Source of the DNA: Rhodospirillaceae bacterium
GTDB lineage: Bacteria > Pseudomonadota > Alphaproteobacteria > MPNO01 > UBA2964
Assembly: GCA_002720855.1 (NCBI GenBank)
Contig: PBIN01000014.1
Coordinates: 393,619 to 457,618, forward strand
DNA length: 64,000 nucleotides
Reading direction: 5' to 3'
In this document: one piece after another, positions 59,083 through 64,000 of the stretch
Position numbering within the stretch: the stretch's first letter is position 1
Layout of the letters: the number at the start of each line of letters is the position of its first letter
Notes under the pieces: generated by a model
What the model was told of the DNA's origin: nothing
Seen by the model: the letters and a program-made list of their open reading frames with translations, nothing else
Databases searched by the model: none
Position numbers and translations under genes: made by a program

Positions 59083-60483
59083 CTACTGACGACCGCTCGC
59101 GGCGATAGCTTCCGCAGCCAGCAGACCAATGCAAAATGATTTGGTCAGACCCCCGACATACGCAGCACGGGGCCCGCCTTCTATACCGCCAACCGAAGAA
59201 CCTGCTGCAAAGAGACCGGGAATGGGGCGATCATTCTCGTCCATTACCTGCCCCTTGCCGTTGACCGATAATCCACCTGAGGTAACGGTGATCCCGGCGC
59301 ATACTGGGATCGCGTAAAATGGTGGTTCTTGGATGCTCTGCGCAGGATAAATGCTTTGCGTGCGCGGGATGGGGAGCGAATTGGGTTCTGCATTTTCCAA
59401 ATGGGCATTGTATGAAGTCACAGTTTCTATCAATCCAGCGACTTCGATCTCCGCTGTAGTCGCGAGTTCTTCAAGCGATGCAGCTTCGATTACCGTTCCA
59501 CCCGCATCAGGCAAAGATGGATTTGGTGGAACGTTGTCGGTGGTTTTAGCGTCTTCCCAAACACGGGCGTCAAAAACCGTTGTCGCCGATAGCGGGTCAT
59601 CAAGCCGTCCGATGGCATTCGCCAAATAAATGCCGCCATGCCCTTCATCCGCGAAACGTTTACCGTTCTCGTCAACCAGGATACTCGTTGAACAAATCAC
59701 ATCGACTTGCGGATATGGCCAAAGCTTTTCGTTGTTCATTGCATCTCGGCTTAGTATGTGGCCGTAAAAACTGTCGAGACCGACGGTTGCCGCATCTACA
59801 TCCATCGCCATCCGCAACCCGTCACCTTTGCCGGTTCCAGCGTTGCGTTGTTGAAGCTGAGAAATTTTGCAACCGATGTGTCGATCGACCAAATCACCAT
59901 TTGCCTGAAAACCACCATCGGCGATGACGACATTGCTGGCGGTTAAAATCTCGGTTTTTTGACCAGTCGATACCTCCAAACCGATGAGTTTGCCGTTAGA
60001 CAATTGGAGTTTGTTGGCCCGCACGCCGCGCCGCAGTTCGCCGCCACGATCTATCAAAAGCTTGCCCAATTTTTGGAGCAGGGCGTTCGCCCCACCACCT
60101 TGCCAGTCGAGACCCGCTTTCATCTCCCGAAGTGGAGACAACATTGGCATGTGGTCGTTGCGACGAGGATGATCCTCGAAGGTGGCGCCCTGATTTTTTA
60201 ACCACTCGATTGTCCTAGCGGCATTTTCACCGATTGAAACAGCAAGATCTTTGCGCGCAGCGCCATCGGTGTTTTTGATGATCGCATTGGTTAGTTCTTC
60301 TGGGTCGGCCCAGGGAGTATGAAAAGCGACATGGCAGGAGCCGGTTGAAAAGCGCGAATTGCATTCATACAGCTCGTCGCTACTCGCCTCCAAAACGAGG
60401 GGTTTCAAACCAAGTTCAGCGGCGCGGTTTGCAGTAGTCAGCCCCGCAAACCCGGCGCCGATAACGATAAGATCAAATGACAT
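59083..60483 (-). CDS. FAD-dependent oxidoreductase, fumarate-reductase / succinate-dehydrogenase flavoprotein-like
   Basis: DLIVIGAGFAGL dinucleotide-binding motif; 466 aa. Confidence 0.75.
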   Translation of the reverse strand: MSFDLIVIGAGFAGLTTANRAAELGLKPLVLEASSDELYECNSRFSTGSCHVAFHTPWADPEELTNAIIKNTDGAARKDLAVSIGENAARTIEWLKNQGATFEDHPRRNDHMPMLSPLREMKAGLDWQGGGANALLQKLGKLLIDRGGELRRGVRANKLQLSNGKLIGLEVSTGQKTEILTASNVVIADGGFQANGDLVDRHIGCKISQLQQRNAGTGKGDGLRMAMDVDAATVGLDSFYGHILSRDAMNNEKLWPYPQVDVICSTSILVDENGKRFADEGHGGIYLANAIGRLDDPLSATTVFDARVWEDAKTTDNVPPNPSLPDAGGTVIEAASLEELATTAEIEVAGLIETVTSYNAHLENAEPNSLPIPRTQSIYPAQSIQEPPFYAIPVCAGITVTSGGLSVNGKGQVMDENDRPIPGLFAAGSSVGGIEGGPRAAYVGGLTKSFCIGLLAAEAIAASGRQ

Positions 60484-60485
60484 AA

Positions 60486-61358
60486 CTACTCGATAAAGAT
60501 TATTGTTGCGCCGGCCGTCTCGGAAGCCGGAATCTGTATTTCCTGTTTCATTTCGTTAAATGGGATGCCGTTTTGTTTCAGGAACATTCGAGTGTCCTCT
60601 ATTTCCCGTGTTCTGATCTTGACCAGTGATGCAAAGGGCAAAACAGGCGCTTCAATATCATATTCCGAAAGAAGCGCATCTCTGTCCGTGAGGACAAATT
60701 TACCGTCGCACAATTCGAACAGCCATTTGTTGCCATCCCGATTTGCATGTGTTCCAAAATAGCGGGCGTATCGTTGGGCGACCGATTCCGGTTCAGCGAC
60801 ACAGACTTGAAGTTCTTCAAGTGCCACCGCCCCGTTGGGATGGCTCATATAGCGATCCTGCCATAGGTATTCTCGGGTCAAATGTTCAATCGCAAGCACC
60901 CGCCCCTCCGGCATTTCTTCCGGCGGCAGTCGCACAAGATTGAATTCCGCTTTCCGTTCGCCATCCGGCGTATCCAATGACCTGGCCAATCCATGCACAC
61001 CGTTTGCACCAAATCCTTCTTGGGCGAGCCGAGTCGCGGTCGCGGCACCATCAAGACAACCAAAGGCCAAAATGTGAATACCTTCATACCGCGCTAAAAA
61101 CTCAGGTATCTTGTTGTTGTATAGAGTTGGGTCAACAACGCCCATGAGCTCCAGATAGCCCTGTTCGAGCATAATGCACCGGTTGGCGCAGCCCCATTGA
61201 ACAACATCGCCACCCGGCGTGAGCGCGCCAGAATGTTGCGATAACGGCGTCAGGCAGAAACCAATACGTTCATAGTCGACTGCGGAGGCATGCAGGTCTT
61301 GAACCATCACAGCGATATGGTCGAGAGCGTCTATTTTATCTGTAATTGTTTCGGCCAT
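60486..61358 (-). CDS. two-domain VOC (glyoxalase / extradiol dioxygenase-like) protein
   Basis: DHIAVMVQDL VOC start. The 290-aa length is consistent with a tandem-VOC ring-cleavage-type enzyme. It is 2 nt upstream of the FAD oxidoreductase gene. Confidence 0.6.
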   Translation of the reverse strand: MAETITDKIDALDHIAVMVQDLHASAVDYERIGFCLTPLSQHSGALTPGGDVVQWGCANRCIMLEQGYLELMGVVDPTLYNNKIPEFLARYEGIHILAFGCLDGAATATRLAQEGFGANGVHGLARSLDTPDGERKAEFNLVRLPPEEMPEGRVLAIEHLTREYLWQDRYMSHPNGAVALEELQVCVAEPESVAQRYARYFGTHANRDGNKWLFELCDGKFVLTDRDALLSEYDIEAPVLPFASLVKIRTREIEDTRMFLKQNGIPFNEMKQEIQIPASETAGATIIFIE

Positions 61359-61453
61359 TTCTGGTTCGTTAACTGATCATCCTATCCTGCGCAATTTGCG
61401 CCGCAATCGAAAGGGCGGATATGCTGTATTTAGCAATAGCGTAGGAGCGCGGT

Positions 61454-63043
61454 ATGACAGTTAGTTTTCGTGACATGGTCGAGAAATTACGCCGGGAAGG
61501 CCATCTCGAAGATATCGGGAAGCCGGTCGATATTCGCCACATCGCCGCCTTGGTCGATAAGTCCGAAAAGGCGCTGGTATTTCACAATGTGATTGACTAT
61601 GCGATGCCGGTTATCTCAGGTGTTGCCAATGCGCGCGAACGTATCGGTGCCGCATTCGATTGTGACTATGCTGAAGTATACAAGCATATTGATGCTGGGC
61701 TTTCGAAACCCATCGAACCTGAAATGATAAATGGTGGCCCGGTCCGTGAGGTCGTACTCACGGGCGGTGACGTCGACTTATTTGAGCTGCCGGTGCCGCT
61801 TTTCTCAATTCATGATGGCGGACCTATGATTACTGCCGGCGTTACGATTGCCAAAACCGCAGATGGGGCCCTCAATGCTGGAATCTATCGGTTCCTTGTT
61901 CGCGAAAAGAACCTGACCGGTATCGACATCGTCACGCCAAATGATATGCAGAGACTTGCGCTCCAAGCTTTTCAGCGCGAGGAAGCATTGCCGATTTCGA
62001 TTAATCTCGGGACGCACTTGGCGATTAATGTCGGTGCTACCTATCGCGCCCCTTTGGGCCAAAGTGAGCTCGCCATCGCGGGTGGTATAGCCGGAGCGCC
62101 GGTACAGTTAACGCCCGGCCAGACCGTCGATGTCCCCTGTATCGCTGATGCGGAAATCGTGCTTGAAGCAGAAATTATGCCAACGGGCTGGACGAAACCT
62201 GAGGGCCGGTTTGGTGAATTTACCCGCCTGATGGGCGGGCTCCATTGGAATCCTCACGTACGTGTAAAAGCGATTTCGATGCGCAAAGACCCATTGTATT
62301 ACGCACTTCACATGCCGTGGGAGGTTATTCTTCCCGGAGCGCCTAATCGCGAAGCGGCCGTACGGCGGGCATTCAAAATGGCTAACCTCGACCTTGTGGA
62401 CGTCAATATCACCCCGGGCGGTTCTTGCTATTTTCATGCCATTGTCTCTATCCGCAAACGGCCAGGAGACGCCAAGCACGCAATTTTGGCGACATTAATC
62501 GCCTCTGATATCAAACATGTCGTCGTGGTTGACGAAGATATTGATGTCTTCAATGGGACAGACGTGGAATGGGCATTGGCGACACGGGTCCAGGCTGATC
62601 GGGACATTGTAACCGTACCGGATTTGCGCGCGAAGCCGTTGGACCCAAGCCTCGATATAACACCCGGCATCACGCCTATTACGACCAAATGTGGCGTAGA
62701 TGCGACGATTCCCGATCATCTTCCAAAAGAACGTTTTGAACGGATCGAGTATGCGTATGCCGATAGTTTGGATTTGTCCGACTATCGGGGGAGCGAAAGC
62801 GAAGCGAGCAAGCCCTCCGACGTTACCGACATTTCGGAATTGGCGGGGGAGGTGAAAGCAGTCTTGGCAAAAGAGCCAATCTACTTTGCTAAGTTATCCG
62901 AAATATTTGAGACGAAAGGCTTTAAAGCGTTGGCCAGAGCGCTTGGCGAACTGCATTCGACGGGTGAATTGTGGCAAGACGCCCAAGGCCGTCTATGCCT
63001 CGCCAATTCGGAATTTGCCGCGGAACCACCACCCTCGATTTAG
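61454..63043 (+). CDS. UbiD-family decarboxylase (second paralogue, about 40-aa C-terminal extension)
   Basis: 529 aa with a UbiD-like core. It is divergent from the VOC-FAD gene pair. Confidence 0.8.
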   Translation: MTVSFRDMVEKLRREGHLEDIGKPVDIRHIAALVDKSEKALVFHNVIDYAMPVISGVANARERIGAAFDCDYAEVYKHIDAGLSKPIEPEMINGGPVREVVLTGGDVDLFELPVPLFSIHDGGPMITAGVTIAKTADGALNAGIYRFLVREKNLTGIDIVTPNDMQRLALQAFQREEALPISINLGTHLAINVGATYRAPLGQSELAIAGGIAGAPVQLTPGQTVDVPCIADAEIVLEAEIMPTGWTKPEGRFGEFTRLMGGLHWNPHVRVKAISMRKDPLYYALHMPWEVILPGAPNREAAVRRAFKMANLDLVDVNITPGGSCYFHAIVSIRKRPGDAKHAILATLIASDIKHVVVVDEDIDVFNGTDVEWALATRVQADRDIVTVPDLRAKPLDPSLDITPGITPITTKCGVDATIPDHLPKERFERIEYAYADSLDLSDYRGSESEASKPSDVTDISELAGEVKAVLAKEPIYFAKLSEIFETKGFKALARALGELHSTGELWQDAQGRLCLANSEFAAEPPPSI

Positions 63044-63047
63044 CCTT

Positions 63048-63920
63048 TTAGTTCCCTATTTGCATTTTGAGCCAGTCGCGCAAGGCTTGGATTGCGGCCT
63101 CTCTTGCGGCCGGATTTGAGCCGATGGTCACCCTGCGTTCTTTCTTCTTCTTCCACTTTGCATTGCGGCTTACCCTTGTTTTGATTGGCAGGTTGGGGTG
63201 ATCAAACGCGTGATGGGCTCCTTGATAGGCGATATATTGCGCCGGAAACCCATCCCTCGCTGATCGTTTAATCATACGCATGCAGGGTTTGGGCCATGTC
63301 CAGTTATCGGCCAAACCGACAAAAACCAGAACCGGCGCATAGGGTTTGAATCGTTTCTGGACACGTTTGCGCAATGTGATGCAGCCCGGATAGAAAGCCG
63401 CGACGGCATTGAACCGCTATCCTTCGCCGAAATACTCGGCCTTATTTCGTCTGACGGCTGACAACGCCGCCATCGCTCCATTCGACCATCCCACAAGAGC
63501 TATTTTGTCCTTTTTTACGAAGGGTTGTTTTTTGAGCCAAGCAAGTCCGCCATAGGCGTCAAACGGACGGTCATCAAGCGAATGAATGGGTCGGCTGCGT
63601 TTTGTGCAAATGGTTCGAAATCCGCGAGGGGTGAAGCCGTCGACGACGAGAACAACATAGCCCCACTGGCGAAAACGTCCGACCCAGGCGGCAGAATTGG
63701 TCCGCATTTTACCGGACTTCGTATAAAGCCCTGAACAACCATGCATCATGACAATTGCGGCGTGTCGCGCGCTCGCTGCCGGTCGGAACAGTTCACCGCG
63801 AATTTTCGTTTCTTCGGCATCAAAGCTCCGGAAGTGCACTTCCTTGCCTACCTCTGCTGACGCAGCGGACATCGCTATAAATGAGGCGGCTAAAAGAAAA
63901 ACTGGTAACTTTGTCAGCAT
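63048..63920 (-). pseudogene. secreted dienelactone hydrolase-family gene interrupted by a single in-frame TAG
   Basis: ORFs 63417-63920 and 63048-63374 are in the same frame. They are separated only by an amber codon at 63417-63419 (...AEYFGEG*RFNAVAAF...). The N-terminal signal peptide, GWSNG elbow and C-terminal HHAFD are continuous across the stop. Confidence 0.6.
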
Positions 63921-64000
63921 CGTATTCCCGTAAGGACTAAAGACAGGTTAGCCGATTGGTGGACTGATCTGTCAAAAAAGAATCTAACTTGCAGTATTTT

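Overview
This 64-kb window reads as alphaproteobacterial chromosome at roughly 50% GC. That is a composition-based impression; no database search was possible. Bases 1 to about 33,400 are core housekeeping with strongly conserved synteny. Identified genes include an acyl-CoA synthetase 3' end, a PAS-GGDEF-EAL c-di-GMP protein, thiolase, gloB, metXW, a chorismate mutase-hisC-tyrC cluster, B12-dependent nrdJ, plsC, ftsEX, hpt, a CpdR-like regulator, a TIGR02302 protein, lysA, a small lipoprotein, argH, divergent tlpA, and hbd-etfAB. A three-gene translationally coupled NUDIX / HhH-GPD glycosylase / esterase operon plus a stand-alone HNH endonuclease follow.

From about 34 kb to the end the content becomes accessory and catabolic. 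It holds a three-subunit xanthine-dehydrogenase-family molybdenum hydroxylase, a divergently transcribed UbiD-family decarboxylase with a DMT transporter, a BisC-like cytoplasmic Mo-bisPGD reductase immediately followed by a flavodoxin-like NAD(P)H oxidoreductase, coq7-dsbB-dedA, and tRNA-Leu(CAA). Beyond the tRNA lie a TylF-like methyltransferase, a GT2 glycosyltransferase, and several tightly packed operons of hydrolases, thioesterases and oxidoreductases with a PAS sensor kinase. A second UbiD paralogue sits divergent to a VOC-dioxygenase / FAD-dehydrogenase pair. Two decayed genes are present: a dienelactone hydrolase with an in-frame amber codon, and an N-terminal remnant of a luciferase-like monooxygenase.

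No CRISPR array, prophage, integrase or recognisable defence system was seen. The most unusual non-coding feature is a roughly 240-bp stretch of about 15% GC upstream of the GGDEF-EAL gene that carries a perfect 21-bp inverted repeat. The strongest candidates for an undescribed system are the Mo-hydroxylase / UbiD / DMT / dienelactone-hydrolase / BisC-flavodoxin island and the second UbiD-VOC-FAD cluster. Both plausibly encode uncharacterised heteroaromatic-carboxylate catabolism, and no ubiX cofactor gene is present in the window.
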